The position numbers and the translations under genes are program-made. Shown here piece after piece: positions 30,122-40,557 of a DNA stretch of 64,000 nt. This DNA comes from a bacterium (lineage in GTDB: Bacteria; UBA8248), in NCBI GenBank assembly GCA_965221165.1, contig CBDCRP010000003.1:1792001-1856000 (forward strand), written 5' to 3'. Each line of letters opens with the position of its first letter. The first letter of the stretch is position 1. The notes beneath the pieces were generated by a model. It saw only the letters and a program-made list of their open reading frames with translations. It made no database searches and was not told where the DNA came from.

Positions 30122-30154
30122 AAACCCTTATAGAATACGAGGACCGGCTCGGAT

Positions 30155-31123
30155 TTAGTCGATGAGACCCACGCTCTTGAGATCCGATGCCAATTCCGCT
30201 TTTTCGTCCATGTTCAAGGGAATCATCGGCACGCGCGACGGGCCGCCGTGCATGCCCATCAGGTCCATCCAGTCCTTGAGGGCGGCGATGGGGAATGCTC
30301 CCCGCGCCCAGGGCGTCCAAAGCCATTTTTCGGCCACGCGGCGTATCGGGTTCATGGAATCACGCGCGGTCCAGGCTTCCTCGAGGTTCCCCTCATCGAT
30401 CAGGTCGGTGTATTTCTGCATGCCCAGATTGCCGGTGCGCTGTAAGAGAAACGGGTCGGGGCCGCTCATGTAGGTCTGCTGCTTGTGGTAGGCGCGGTTG
30501 AAGAACCACTGGGTCTCCATCGGGTCGCTCACGACGATGTCATCCCCCACGGCTTCGCGCACCTCGTCGCAGTGATATTTCGGCTGCGCGTTCTTGATGC
30601 AGCAGAGGTTCTCGTTGTCCTCGACGATTGCCTTGACCAGGGGCGCCGAGAGGGAATAGCCGGCCGCCGGCGTGTTGAACAAGGACACGCCGACCTCGAC
30701 GTTGCTGCAAAATTCCTTGAAAAACGCGCGGACGCGCTCGGGGATTCCCTGCGCGCCGAGGTAGGGATTCGCCAGAATCGCATAGGTGGCGCCCGCTTCT
30801 ATCGCCGCGTTGGTCAGCTCAATCGCCTCTTTGGCCGAGGTATGGCCGGTGTGCGCGATGATGGGCACGTCTCCCGCCTCGTCGCAGGCGATTTCCTGGC
30901 CTCTCAGGCGCTCTTCTTTCGTCAGGCACCAGAATTCACCGATCATCCCGCCGATGAAAAAGCCCTTGATGTCGAGATTGTCGATGTAGTGGCGGATGTC
31001 GGCGCGAAAACCCGCCTCGTCGATGTTGTCGTTTTCATCGAAGGGATAGGGGATGGCGGCCCAGATTCCCTTCATGTTCTCCTTGCAGTACGCGCGCGCG
31101 TCCGATTTCTTGTAAGAGGGCAT
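30155..31123 (-). CDS. DapA-family aldolase/lyase
   Basis: GIWAAIPYPF, GEFWCLT.EER, CIKN (Lys), SDP. Confidence 0.8.
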   Translation of the reverse strand: MPSYKKSDARAYCKENMKGIWAAIPYPFDENDNIDEAGFRADIRHYIDNLDIKGFFIGGMIGEFWCLTKEERLRGQEIACDEAGDVPIIAHTGHTSAKEAIELTNAAIEAGATYAILANPYLGAQGIPERVRAFFKEFCSNVEVGVSLFNTPAAGYSLSAPLVKAIVEDNENLCCIKNAQPKYHCDEVREAVGDDIVVSDPMETQWFFNRAYHKQQTYMSGPDPFLLQRTGNLGMQKYTDLIDEGNLEEAWTARDSMNPIRRVAEKWLWTPWARGAFPIAALKDWMDLMGMHGGPSRVPMIPLNMDEKAELASDLKSVGLID

Positions 31124-31171
31124 TACAGTCTCCTTTTCGGGTATGTGCCGAGAAACCTCGTCAGCTTCAGT

Positions 31172-32440
31172 TTACCATTCATCCTCACCGACGGGGGCGA
31201 GAAGCGGCGCGGCCTTGAGCTTCACCGCCTCGTTCGTGCCGAAGCCGTGCAGATAGCTCAGCACGTCGCGCCAGCATTTCTCGGGCGTCGGCCTGTCGTC
31301 GTGAAAGGTGGCGCCCGTCTTCCCCCAGATCTCCATCGCCATGCGGCAGACCTTGATGCCCGCCTCCGAGGCGAACACCTTGGACATGAGGCGGCGTTTC
31401 GAATCATCCGTCGGCTTTTCCGCATGCCATGCCGCAGAATACAGGTACGTCCGCGCCGCCTCAATCAGCATATACATTTCCGTGAGCGCCATCTGCGCCC
31501 ATTGCTCATCCGCCGCACCAGTTTCCTGCGCCGCCCGGCGCGCGAGATCGTACGCGAGGCGAGAGGGACCCATCACCGGAATGAGCGCGCCGCTCACCAT
31601 GCGCTTCAGGATGGAGAGACCGCCGTTCCACTCGCCGAAGAGATTATGCGCGGGCACGCGGCAGTTTCTGAGCACGAGTTCTCCGTTTTGCAGGAGGCGC
31701 CTGCCGAGCTTCGAGTGCGCCTCTCCGATTTCAAACCCTTGCGTGTCACGCGGCACGAGGAAGCAGGTGAGTCCCTCGCTCATCTTCTTCTCGGGCGCCG
31801 TGCGCGCGAAGATGAAGTAATATTTCGCCAGGCCGCCGTTCGAGATGTAGTGCTTCGTGCCGTTCAGGATGTAGAAATCACCCTCTCGTTTCGCCGTCAT
31901 ACGCGGGCCGGCGCCCGGTTCGTCGTGCATGAGGAAGGTGTCGGTTCCGCTTTGGGGTTCCGTGGTGGCGAGGGCGAGCAGGGCCCTCGGGTCGTTCATG
32001 AAGTCTTCGAGGTATAAATCGCGCTGCGTCTGCGTGGTTTCGATCGTGAGCAGTTGGGCGAATTTATAGGTCTGATCCATCGAGACGGCGACGCCCAGAT
32101 CGCCGTAGGCGAGTTCTTCGGCCACCATGGCCTGGACCAGATGCCGCGCGCCGAAGCCGCCGAATTTCTCGGGCACGGTGAGCGTTCTGAGTCCCGCGGC
32201 GTCGAGTTTATCGGCGATATGCCAGGGATACGCCTCGCCGGGCGCGTGGTTCCTGTCCCTCGCCGCGGCGATGGGGAGGATGTCCTCACGCGCTATCCGG
32301 CGCGCGCGGCGCACCATCTCGGATTCTTCGGGGGTCAGGTCCGGCATCATGGCGTTCGGGCGCATCCTTCTGGAAACGAGGTGGGACAACGATGATTCGT
32401 CCGATTCCATAGCACTACTTGAGACGTTATGTTCTGTCAA
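31172..32440 (-). CDS. Acyl-CoA dehydrogenase family protein
   Basis: EELAYGDLGV, TTEPQSG, LNGTKHYISNG, KLG.R, EKCWRD; start position uncertain. Confidence 0.85.
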   Translation of the reverse strand: MTEHNVSSSAMESDESSLSHLVSRRMRPNAMMPDLTPEESEMVRRARRIAREDILPIAAARDRNHAPGEAYPWHIADKLDAAGLRTLTVPEKFGGFGARHLVQAMVAEELAYGDLGVAVSMDQTYKFAQLLTIETTQTQRDLYLEDFMNDPRALLALATTEPQSGTDTFLMHDEPGAGPRMTAKREGDFYILNGTKHYISNGGLAKYYFIFARTAPEKKMSEGLTCFLVPRDTQGFEIGEAHSKLGRRLLQNGELVLRNCRVPAHNLFGEWNGGLSILKRMVSGALIPVMGPSRLAYDLARRAAQETGAADEQWAQMALTEMYMLIEAARTYLYSAAWHAEKPTDDSKRRLMSKVFASEAGIKVCRMAMEIWGKTGATFHDDRPTPEKCWRDVLSYLHGFGTNEAVKLKAAPLLAPVGEDEW

Positions 32441-32519
32441 TCATATTGGGGTATACCGTGGGAGTAGAAACCCCGAATCCAGGAGGTTTTGGGGACTTAG
32501 GCGAGCGGAGCGTGCGCGC

Positions 32520-33486
32520 ATGAAAATCGTGATTCCAGACGACTACGGGGGAGAGTTCAGGGGCTCGCCCCAACTCGCGCGCCTCGATAAGCTTGGCGAG
32601 GTGGCCCATTTCACCGAGCGGCCACGAGATGACGAGGAGATGGCGGCGCGCATCTTGGATGCGGAAATCATCTTGACCGTGCGCTATCAGACGGACTTCA
32701 AAAACACAGGCCTGCTCGACGCCGCGCGTGAACTGCGCTTCATCTCTATATGGGGCACGCGCCCCCGTGCGGTGGACATGAAGCGCGCGCGTGCGCGGGG
32801 GATTTGCGTTTCCGTGACGCCCGGAGCGGGTAGTCCCTCGGTGGCCGAGCACACGATGATGATGGTCTTAGCCCTGGCGAAGCGGCTCCCGTTTCAGGGA
32901 CCCGCCATGCGGGCGGGGGAGTGGGAGCGCGTGCAGGGCGTGGAGCTTCTGGGCAAGAGTCTATCCGTCATCGGTTTCGGGCACATCGGGAGCAAGGTCG
33001 TCCCCATGGCGCGGGGTTTCGGCATGGACGCCCTCGCCTGGTCGAAGAACATAACGGCGGAACGCGCAGCCGAAGCCGGAGCGCGCGGCATCGCTCGATG
33101 AGTGCATGCGCGCCGATTTCGTGACGATACAGCTTCACGTGACGCCGGAAACCAGGGGCATCATCTCGCGGGAGCGAATTGCGCAGATGAAGCCCGCGGC
33201 GTTTTTGATCAACACCTCGCGCGCGGCCCTGGTGGATATGGACGCTCTTCTCGAAGCCTTGCGCGAGCGGCGCATCGGGGGGGCGGGGCTGGACGTGTTC
33301 GAGCCGGATGAGCCTTTGCCGGGCGATTCTCCGTTTCGCTCGCTTGCGCTTGATAACGTGATCCTCACACCCCACGTCGCCGCGCACACTGAAGGTGCGG
33401 TGGAGAGAGAGGCGCGCATGTCCGTGGACAACGTGGAGGCCTACGTTCGGGGAGAGCCTGAGAACCTGGTGTTCGAGGACGCTTAG
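32520..33486 (+). pseudogene. D-2-hydroxyacid dehydrogenase family, frameshift near 33090 (pseudogene or assembly indel)
   Basis: MKIVIPDDY...GFGHIG in one frame; SLDECMRADFV...INTSRA...GLDVF...TPHVA in the next. Confidence 0.85.
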
Positions 33487-33594
33487 TTTTTCATGCGGGA
33501 GGCGCTTTCAGTCATGCGCGGAAATTAAAATGACTTATAGTAATCGTGAGGAAAACCTAAGTTTTCATACCTTTGTCAAAGAGAGGGAAAAGAG

Positions 33595-34314
33595 ATGTCG
33601 TATCGAATCGAGATGACGGAAGTAGAAGGCAGCGAAATGGAGATTTTTCTGTATGAACCTGAAGGATCGGGACCGCATCCGGGGCTCGTGCTTTGCCAGC
33701 ACATACCGGGCCATCAGGGAATCGAGGGCGATCCCTTTACGGTGAAAACGGCGGAACGCTTCCGGGCGAACGGCTACGCCGTGTCCGTTCCGTTTCTCTA
33801 CCACTGGTGGTCCAAGAGTGACGACATGCAGATAAAGCGCGATGAGTTCAACGACGCGCAGACGGCGCTCGACCTAAAAGCGGGCTTCGACGCCCTGGCG
33901 GCTCTTGATAGCGTGGATGCGGGCCGAATCGGCGTCGTCGGGCATTGCTGGGGCGGGCGCGTGAGCTGGCTGGGCGCGTGCACGGATTCTCGCTATCAGG
34001 CGTGCGCGGTCTTCTACGGCGGCGGCGTGAAGGAGGTGCGCGGCGCGGGCAACCCGCCCGCCATCGAACTGAGCGGGAACATCGCGTGTCCCGTCATCGG
34101 GGTTTTCGGCAATGAGGATCAGAATCCCTCGCCCCAAGACGTGGACGATTACGAGGCGGCGCTCAAAAACGCGGGCGCGGAATACGTGCTCCACCGCTAC
34201 GACGGCGCGGGCCACGCCTTTCAGTGGGAGGACAACCCCGAGCGCTTCCGCGCGGAGCAGAGCGAGGACTCATGGGTGAAGACGCTGGCGTTTTTTGATG
34301 CGAAGCTGAAGTGA
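33595..34314 (+). CDS. Dienelactone hydrolase family protein
   Basis: Nucleophile elbow GHCWGG, FYGG, G.ED, YDGAGHAF. Confidence 0.88.
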   Translation: MSYRIEMTEVEGSEMEIFLYEPEGSGPHPGLVLCQHIPGHQGIEGDPFTVKTAERFRANGYAVSVPFLYHWWSKSDDMQIKRDEFNDAQTALDLKAGFDALAALDSVDAGRIGVVGHCWGGRVSWLGACTDSRYQACAVFYGGGVKEVRGAGNPPAIELSGNIACPVIGVFGNEDQNPSPQDVDDYEAALKNAGAEYVLHRYDGAGHAFQWEDNPERFRAEQSEDSWVKTLAFFDAKLK

Positions 34315-34397
34315 GGGGGGAGCCTGAATGGAGGCGCGTGTGGTTGATATAGGGCATCCGGGTTCGTTAAAAAACCCCACAAAACGCTCTTAGCCCC

Positions 34398-34499
34398 CTA
34401 AAAATCAGATTCCAGTATCCACACGCCGGCGCCGAGGCGTTCGCTGATGTAGGTTCTGCCGTCCGCCGCCATGTAGAGGTCGTCCACCTGGACTTGCAA
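34398..34499 (-). pseudogene. Short C-terminal gene remnant, LVIVD-repeat/beta-propeller-like
   Basis: Manual translation LQVQVDDLYMAADGRTYISERLGAGVWILESDF*; resembles C-termini of LVIVD-repeat proteins; no start. Confidence 0.45.
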
Positions 34500-34667
34500 G
34501 AGTTCGCAGTCTCTTCCCCACAGGGGGCGGATCGATGAGATGCCGGATTATACCCGCGCCAGGGAGGAATCGACCAGCCTCGCCTAATCGGCGGACTTAC
34601 CCCTCGGGCGATGCCGCAGGTGCTGCGTGATATTTATTTTCACGGGGTTTTTATGTAGTCTTTCTCC

Positions 34668-34946
34668 ATGCCGAAATTATCCTTGAACCGCTTGATCCAC
34701 GACATCCAGCCCCTCGAAAAACGCGAGGCGTTCCTGCGCGACCCGCTCGAATTCGCTGAAGGGTATGACGTCACCGACGCGGAACTGGCGGCGGTTCGCG
34801 ATTCCGACGTGCGCGCGCTGTGGTCGTTCGGCGCGAATCCCTATCTGCTGCGGGTGCTGCAAATGCGCTCAAGCATATCGGATGCCGATTTCCGGGCGGC
34901 GCTGGCGGGCCTCTCCTATCCGCGACCCGATGAAGGGGAAATATAG
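34668..34946 (+). CDS. LigA-like small subunit of extradiol ring-cleavage dioxygenase
   Basis: LNRL, F..DP..F...Y.VT..E..AV...DV.AL...GANPYLL; immediately precedes a LigB-like gene. Confidence 0.72.
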   Translation: MPKLSLNRLIHDIQPLEKREAFLRDPLEFAEGYDVTDAELAAVRDSDVRALWSFGANPYLLRVLQMRSSISDADFRAALAGLSYPRPDEGEI

Positions 34947-34947
34947 G

Positions 34948-35775
34948 ATGGCGGAGATAGTCGGGGCGTTCGCGGCGAGCCACACGCCTCTTTTCTTGCT
35001 GAGGTATGACATGCCCGCCGAGGACGTGAAAGAAGAGGTCTTCTCCGGCTACCGCAGGATGGCCCGCGAAATCGTCGAAAGGGGCGCCGAGGCGCTGGTT
35101 CTTCTGGGAAACGACCATCTGCATGCCTTTTCTCTCGACAGATACCCCGCCCTGGCGGTCGGCGCAGGCCCTCGCTTCGGTCCGGTGGAGACGGAGCCTT
35201 TTCTGCCGCGCGATGTATATGAGGGCGCCGAGGCGCTGGCTTCTCATCTGGTGCGCGGATTGCTGGCGAGTGGTTTCGACCCCTTGCTGTGCCGCGAACT
35301 GACGCTTGATCATTCCTTCGTCTCGCCCCTGGCCCTGATGGGCGATATGGGTCTTCCCATCGTTCCGGTTCTTCAAAATACCGTGGCCCCGCCCCTGCCG
35401 CCCGCCGCGCGGTCGTACGATCTCGGCGTATCGCTCAGACGATTGTTGGAGAGCTATGCGGGTCTCGAGCGCGTGGCCGTCGTGGCGACGGGCGCGCCCT
35501 CACACTGGATAGGAACCCCTGAGCAGGGCGAGGTCGACGAGGCGTGGGACCGCGAGGTGATCGACATGCTGCGCCGCGCGGACGCGAAGGGTCTTTCCGC
35601 GTGGCCGCAAGCGAGGATCGATAAGGGCGGAAACGGCGGAAACGAGATCAGGACGTGGATATCCGCCGCGGCCTTGAGCGGAGACACGGAGGCCAATCTG
35701 TGGATATACCGGATAGAACCCCTGTGGTTTCTGGGGGTGACGATTATCGAGTGGCCCATCGGGCCTGCTCTGTGA
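34948..35775 (+). CDS. LigB-like (class III) extradiol dioxygenase catalytic subunit
   Basis: AASHTP, NDHLH, LDHS, SHW, NEIRTW metal/catalytic residues. Confidence 0.85.
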   Translation: MAEIVGAFAASHTPLFLLRYDMPAEDVKEEVFSGYRRMAREIVERGAEALVLLGNDHLHAFSLDRYPALAVGAGPRFGPVETEPFLPRDVYEGAEALASHLVRGLLASGFDPLLCRELTLDHSFVSPLALMGDMGLPIVPVLQNTVAPPLPPAARSYDLGVSLRRLLESYAGLERVAVVATGAPSHWIGTPEQGEVDEAWDREVIDMLRRADAKGLSAWPQARIDKGGNGGNEIRTWISAAALSGDTEANLWIYRIEPLWFLGVTIIEWPIGPAL

Positions 35776-35797
35776 GCGAACGAGGGAGGATGAGGGT

Positions 35798-36787
35798 ATG
35801 CCGAAAGCGATTCTGTTCGACGAGCTGGGTGGTGCGGACGTGCTCCGCGTGGCAGAAGTTCCTGACCTTGAGCCTGGGGAGGGCGAAGTGCGCATCGTCG
35901 TGGAAACGCTCGGGATCAACCGGGCGGAGATTATGTTTCGAGAGGGACGCTACCACGACAAGCCCGTGTTCCCCTCCCGCATCGGTTACGAGGCTTGCGG
36001 GGCGATAGACGCCGTGGGTCCGGGCGTGGAGGGTCTGGCGGTCGGGGACCGCGTGAGCACGATTCCTTGTTTCTCGATGGTGGAGCACGGGGTGTGCGGC
36101 GAGCAGGCGGTCGTGCCTGCGTTCGCCGCCGCCCGCTACCCGGACAACCTGACGCCCGTGAAGGCCGCGGCCATCTGGATGCCGTATTTCACCGCGTACG
36201 GGGCGCTCGTCGAGTTCGGGCGGGTGAAGGAGGGGGATACCGCCCTGCTCACGGCGGCGAGCAGCAGCGTCGGCATCGCGGCGATCCAGATTGCGAAATC
36301 AAAAGGCGCGCGGGTCATCGCCACGACGCGCGGGGCTGGCAAGAAGGATTTTCTTCTGAACATAGGCGCGGATCACGTCGTCGTGACGGATGAGGAGGAT
36401 TTGGCGGAGTCGGTGATGGATATCACGGGAGGCGTGGGCGCGAACGTCATCTTCGACCCCGTCGTCGGGTCGTCTTTGCCCAAACTCGCCGACGCGGCCG
36501 CCTACCAGGGCGCGATTTTCCTGTATGGCCGCCTCTCGCCCGAGGATGCGGTCATACCCCTGTACCCGGCTATCAGGAAAGGGCTGACATTCAGATGCTA
36601 TACGATTATGGAGATAACGAAGTTCCCGGAAAAAAGAGAGAAAGGGAAGAAATTCATCTATGACGGCCTGGAATCGGGCGCTCTCAAGCCCATCATCGCC
36701 AAGACGTTCCCGCTCGATGACATGGTGGGGGCGCACAAGTACATGGAATCGAACGCGCAGATGGGCAAAATCGTCGTCGAGGTGTAA
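35798..36787 (+). CDS. NADPH:quinone oxidoreductase-like MDR family protein
   Basis: GINRAE..FREG.Y, GYEACG, TAASSSVG, HKYMESN..MGKIV. Confidence 0.88.
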   Translation: MPKAILFDELGGADVLRVAEVPDLEPGEGEVRIVVETLGINRAEIMFREGRYHDKPVFPSRIGYEACGAIDAVGPGVEGLAVGDRVSTIPCFSMVEHGVCGEQAVVPAFAAARYPDNLTPVKAAAIWMPYFTAYGALVEFGRVKEGDTALLTAASSSVGIAAIQIAKSKGARVIATTRGAGKKDFLLNIGADHVVVTDEEDLAESVMDITGGVGANVIFDPVVGSSLPKLADAAAYQGAIFLYGRLSPEDAVIPLYPAIRKGLTFRCYTIMEITKFPEKREKGKKFIYDGLESGALKPIIAKTFPLDDMVGAHKYMESNAQMGKIVVEV

Positions 36788-36804
36788 GGCGCGATGCGCC
36801 GGAA

Positions 36805-38454
36805 CTACCCGAACGGGCGGGCGTGGGAGTAGGACAACTCCTCGTTCGTGATGAATTCCAGCAGAGCGGGCGTTCCCTCTTCGGTTTTTCGCCTCGCTTC
36901 CAGGAACGCCGCGCCTACTTCCGCCGGATCCTCCACGCGCTTCGCCCAGCCGCCCAGCGCTCTGGCGATGTCGGCGTATTCGCCGCCCACGTCGCGCGTG
37001 CCGTATTTCTCGTGGGAAATCGCCATGTGGTTGGTCTCCACCGCCATGGTGGAGTTTTTGAGCACCACGGTGCAGATGGGCAGGTTCTCGCGCACGGCGG
37101 TCTCGAAATCGAGCCCCGTCATGCCGAACGCCGCATCGCCCATGAAGTTCACGCAGAACTTATCGGGCGAGGCCAGCTTTGCGCCCATGGCGAGGCCGAG
37201 TCCCGTGCCGAGCTGGTGGGATTTCCCCCAGCCGAGATATGACCTCGGTACATCGGAGAGATACAAGGGCAAGACCTCGTATCGCGGATTGCCCGAATCA
37301 TGGGTGACGATGGCCTCTGCGGGCGGCACGTTCTGCATCAACTCCCAAATCACGCGGTAGGGGTTGATGGGTTTTTCATCAGATGTGAGTTTGGGCGCCC
37401 ATTCATCGAGCCAGGCCTTTCGCGTCTGCGCTACTTGTTCCCTGACTCCCTCGCCTCTTTTGACGCCCTTCACCCGCTCGGCGCAGCAGTCTATGAACTG
37501 GCGCAGCACGAGCTTCGCATCTCCGAGCACGGGATGATCGGCGGCGTAATTCTTGTTGATGTCGACCGGGTCGTTCGTCGCGTGGATGATGATCTTGCCG
37601 CCGGGTACGCGCGTGGCGAGGCCGTGGTCGGTGAGGCTCGTGCCGACGGCGAACACGAGGTCCGCGTCTTTCAGGAAATGATAGGCTGGGCCGCTCATGA
37701 CGCTCGATCCGACGCCGAGAGCCAGGGGATGGTTCCTCTCCGAGATCGCGCTTTTGCCCTCCATGGTGGTCATCACGGGAATCTGGAGGAGTTCCGCCAG
37801 TTCTTTTAACTCATCGGTCGCCTCGGCGTAGAGCACGCCAGCGCCCGCGAGGATCACCGGGCGCTCGGCGTTCAGCAGCGCATCGGCGGCGCTATCCACG
37901 TCCTTTGGGTCTCCCTGGGCGCGCGTTCGCTTCACGGGCGTGTAGCCGCCGAGCATATCCTCAGAGACTTCCACCCCGGCCACGTCTTCGGGCAACTCTA
38001 CGAGCACGGGGCCGGGACGCCCGTTCCTGAGCGCGTGAAAGGCGCGGCGCATGGCGTCCGCGGTGCGCTCGGGCACGTTGATCTGCTCCGCTGATTTCGT
38101 TACCGAGGCGTAGGAGTCGACGGAACTGAACATGGGGAACACGCGGTCGCGCCCCCTGGCGTGGCCGAGGGGGAGGAGCAGCATGGGCGTGGAATCGGAA
38201 TAAGCGGTGGAGATGCCCGGAAAGGCGTTTTCCGCCCCCGGCCCGTACTGCATGGTGAACACCGAAGGCGTGGCGCCGTTGGTGACGCGGGCGAAGCCAT
38301 CGGCGATGCCCACGCCCACACGCTCCTGGCGGCAGACGATGGGCCGGATACCGATAGCGGCGGCCGCTTCGATCTGGACGGTGGTGGGATAGCAGTTCAG
38401 GTGTTCCGCCCCTTCGCGTTTCAGGATTTCAGCGATGACGTCGACGACGCGCAT
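36805..38454 (-). CDS. Thiamine-diphosphate-requiring protein
   Basis: CRQERVG, QYGPGAEN, PGPVLVELP, GDAAFGMTG...N. Confidence 0.87.
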   Translation of the reverse strand: MRVVDVIAEILKREGAEHLNCYPTTVQIEAAAAIGIRPIVCRQERVGVGIADGFARVTNGATPSVFTMQYGPGAENAFPGISTAYSDSTPMLLLPLGHARGRDRVFPMFSSVDSYASVTKSAEQINVPERTADAMRRAFHALRNGRPGPVLVELPEDVAGVEVSEDMLGGYTPVKRTRAQGDPKDVDSAADALLNAERPVILAGAGVLYAEATDELKELAELLQIPVMTTMEGKSAISERNHPLALGVGSSVMSGPAYHFLKDADLVFAVGTSLTDHGLATRVPGGKIIIHATNDPVDINKNYAADHPVLGDAKLVLRQFIDCCAERVKGVKRGEGVREQVAQTRKAWLDEWAPKLTSDEKPINPYRVIWELMQNVPPAEAIVTHDSGNPRYEVLPLYLSDVPRSYLGWGKSHQLGTGLGLAMGAKLASPDKFCVNFMGDAAFGMTGLDFETAVRENLPICTVVLKNSTMAVETNHMAISHEKYGTRDVGGEYADIARALGGWAKRVEDPAEVGAAFLEARRKTEEGTPALLEFITNEELSYSHARPFG

Positions 38455-38650
38455 GTGCGTTCTCCTATCGGTTCGGTGAATGTGTTTCGTCCGGTGTCAA
38501 GAGTTTCTCACAAGTTTCGGGATAAAGAAATTTGCGCGCACAGGAGCGCGCATTCCGGCGGTTTTGGGTACAATGGCGATCTTCGACCCGCGATGATTTC
38601 ACGGAGCGACAGCGCCGCTCCCGCATCTATCAGAAAAAGGAAGCTCGGCC

Positions 38651-39418
38651 ATGGCGAATCGAGAGGCAACCACGTATGAAGTGAAAAATCACGTCGCATA
38701 CCTGACCCTGAACCGCCCGGAGAAGAAAAACGCCATCAACTACGCCATGCGCAAGGAGGTGCAGGATGCGTACGTGGACATCAAGCACAACCCGGATATC
38801 TGGGTGGCCATCATCACGGCGGCGGGCGATGTTTTCTGCTCGGGCAAGGACATTGTGGAGAAGACGCCGGAAAACGACGGGCAGGTGATGTCGAACGATG
38901 AACTCTATCTCTACCTGCGCTATCTCTATAAGCCTGTCATCTGCGCCATCAACGGGCCCTGCCTGGCCCAGGGAGCGGGCTTTGCGCTGAACTCGGACAT
39001 CCTGATTTTTTCGGAGCGCGGGTCCATGGGCTGGCCGCAGGTGCTCCGGGGAATCTCCTCGGTGAGCGGCCCCGCCATGTGCGCGCACGCGATTCCCTGG
39101 ACAAAGGCGATGAGCTACCTGATGCGCGGCAAGTTCATCCCCGCCGATGAGTGCCTTCGCCTGGGCGTAGCCACCGAGGTGGTGCCGCACGAAGAGCTTC
39201 TCCCCACGGCGGAGCGCTACGCCACCGAAATCCTGGAAGCTGCGCCTAAGGCGGTTTGCGCCATCAAGGAGGCGGCGCGCCGGGGCGAGGACCTGGCCTA
39301 TCAGGACAGGGTCTACATGTCGCGCGACGTGGCGGACCGCATCCTGCACACGGAGGATTCGAAAGAGGGAATCCTCGCATTCAGGGAGAAGAGAAAACCC
39401 GAATGGCGGGGCAGATAG
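38651..39418 (+). CDS. Enoyl-CoA hydratase/isomerase (crotonase) family
   Basis: LNRPEKKNA, FCSGKD, KPVICAING, DSKEG..AF.EKR.P.W.GR. Confidence 0.88.
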   Translation: MANREATTYEVKNHVAYLTLNRPEKKNAINYAMRKEVQDAYVDIKHNPDIWVAIITAAGDVFCSGKDIVEKTPENDGQVMSNDELYLYLRYLYKPVICAINGPCLAQGAGFALNSDILIFSERGSMGWPQVLRGISSVSGPAMCAHAIPWTKAMSYLMRGKFIPADECLRLGVATEVVPHEELLPTAERYATEILEAAPKAVCAIKEAARRGEDLAYQDRVYMSRDVADRILHTEDSKEGILAFREKRKPEWRGR

Positions 39419-39474
39419 GCTGTAACTTTCCGTATTTTCCTGGGCACAGACAAGAACGATTGAAATGGAGATGA

Positions 39475-40488
39475 ATGCGGATGAGCGATAAACCCGTGGT
39501 CTGGGTGGGAACCCCCTTCATACTGAATTTCGATGATCCGATGGAGATTTTTCAGCCCCTGGTGGATGAGGGGCTGGAGGTTCGCCTGGACGAGTGCCGG
39601 GGCTACATGCCCGAGGAAGACGTCATCGCCAGCCTGCCCGACGTCACCGCCGTCATCGCAGGGGCGGAGCCTTATACTCCTAAGGTGATGGACAACGCGC
39701 CTCTCGTGAGGATTATCGCGCGCGCGGGCGTGGGCGTGAACAACGTCGACATTCCGGCGGCCACCGAGCGGGGCATACTCGTCGCGAACGCGGCGGGGCA
39801 GAATTCCCAGTCCGTGGCGGAGCACCTCTTCGGCCTGATGCTCTGCGCCGTTCGGCGCATCGGCTGGCTGGACGTGAACATCCGAAAGGGCCTCTGGCGG
39901 GAGATTCAACCACCCATGCGCCCTCTGAACGGCATGACGATGGGGATTCTGGGGTTCGGCGACATCGGTAAGCAGGTGGCGAAAAGAGCCGTCGCCTTCG
40001 ACATGAAGGTGATCGCCCACGACATCGTGCAAGACGAGGAAACGGCTGCCGAACTCGGCGTGCGTTTCGTGGGTCTCGAAGAACTGGCGAGAGAATCGGA
40101 CTACCTGACCTGCCACGTGCCCTTGACGCCCGAGACGACACACATCATAGGCCGCGAGATTTTACGCCTCATGAAGCCCGACGCCTACGTCTTCAACACC
40201 TCGCGGGGCCTTGTTTTCGATATCGACGCGGTGGCGGACGCTCTGCAAGAGGGCGTCATCCGGGGCGCAGGCATCGACGTGTTCCCCGAGGAGCCGCCCG
40301 ATTATGCGCATCCCATCTTCGCGCTCGAAAACGCCGTGCTCGCCCCCCATCTAGGCGGCCGGGGCGAGGATGCGATTCGCAACACTCTGCGCCACGCGAC
40401 CAAGTGCGTTCTCGCGTACTTTCAGGGCGAGAAACCGCCCACGCTCGTGAACCCCGAAGCCTATGAGGTACGGGAGCGGGGGAGGTGA
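39475..40488 (+). CDS. Phosphoglycerate/D-2-hydroxyacid dehydrogenase family
   Basis: RAGVG.NNVD, SVAEH, GFGDIG, NTSRG, DVF..EP, PHLG. Confidence 0.88.
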   Translation: MRMSDKPVVWVGTPFILNFDDPMEIFQPLVDEGLEVRLDECRGYMPEEDVIASLPDVTAVIAGAEPYTPKVMDNAPLVRIIARAGVGVNNVDIPAATERGILVANAAGQNSQSVAEHLFGLMLCAVRRIGWLDVNIRKGLWREIQPPMRPLNGMTMGILGFGDIGKQVAKRAVAFDMKVIAHDIVQDEETAAELGVRFVGLEELARESDYLTCHVPLTPETTHIIGREILRLMKPDAYVFNTSRGLVFDIDAVADALQEGVIRGAGIDVFPEEPPDYAHPIFALENAVLAPHLGGRGEDAIRNTLRHATKCVLAYFQGEKPPTLVNPEAYEVRERGR

Positions 40489-40557
40489 CCTCTCCTACAA
40501 AACCCCGGCGCGTTACTGTGTAGGTCGTTCCCGACCGAAGAGAGAGGGAACGCATAT

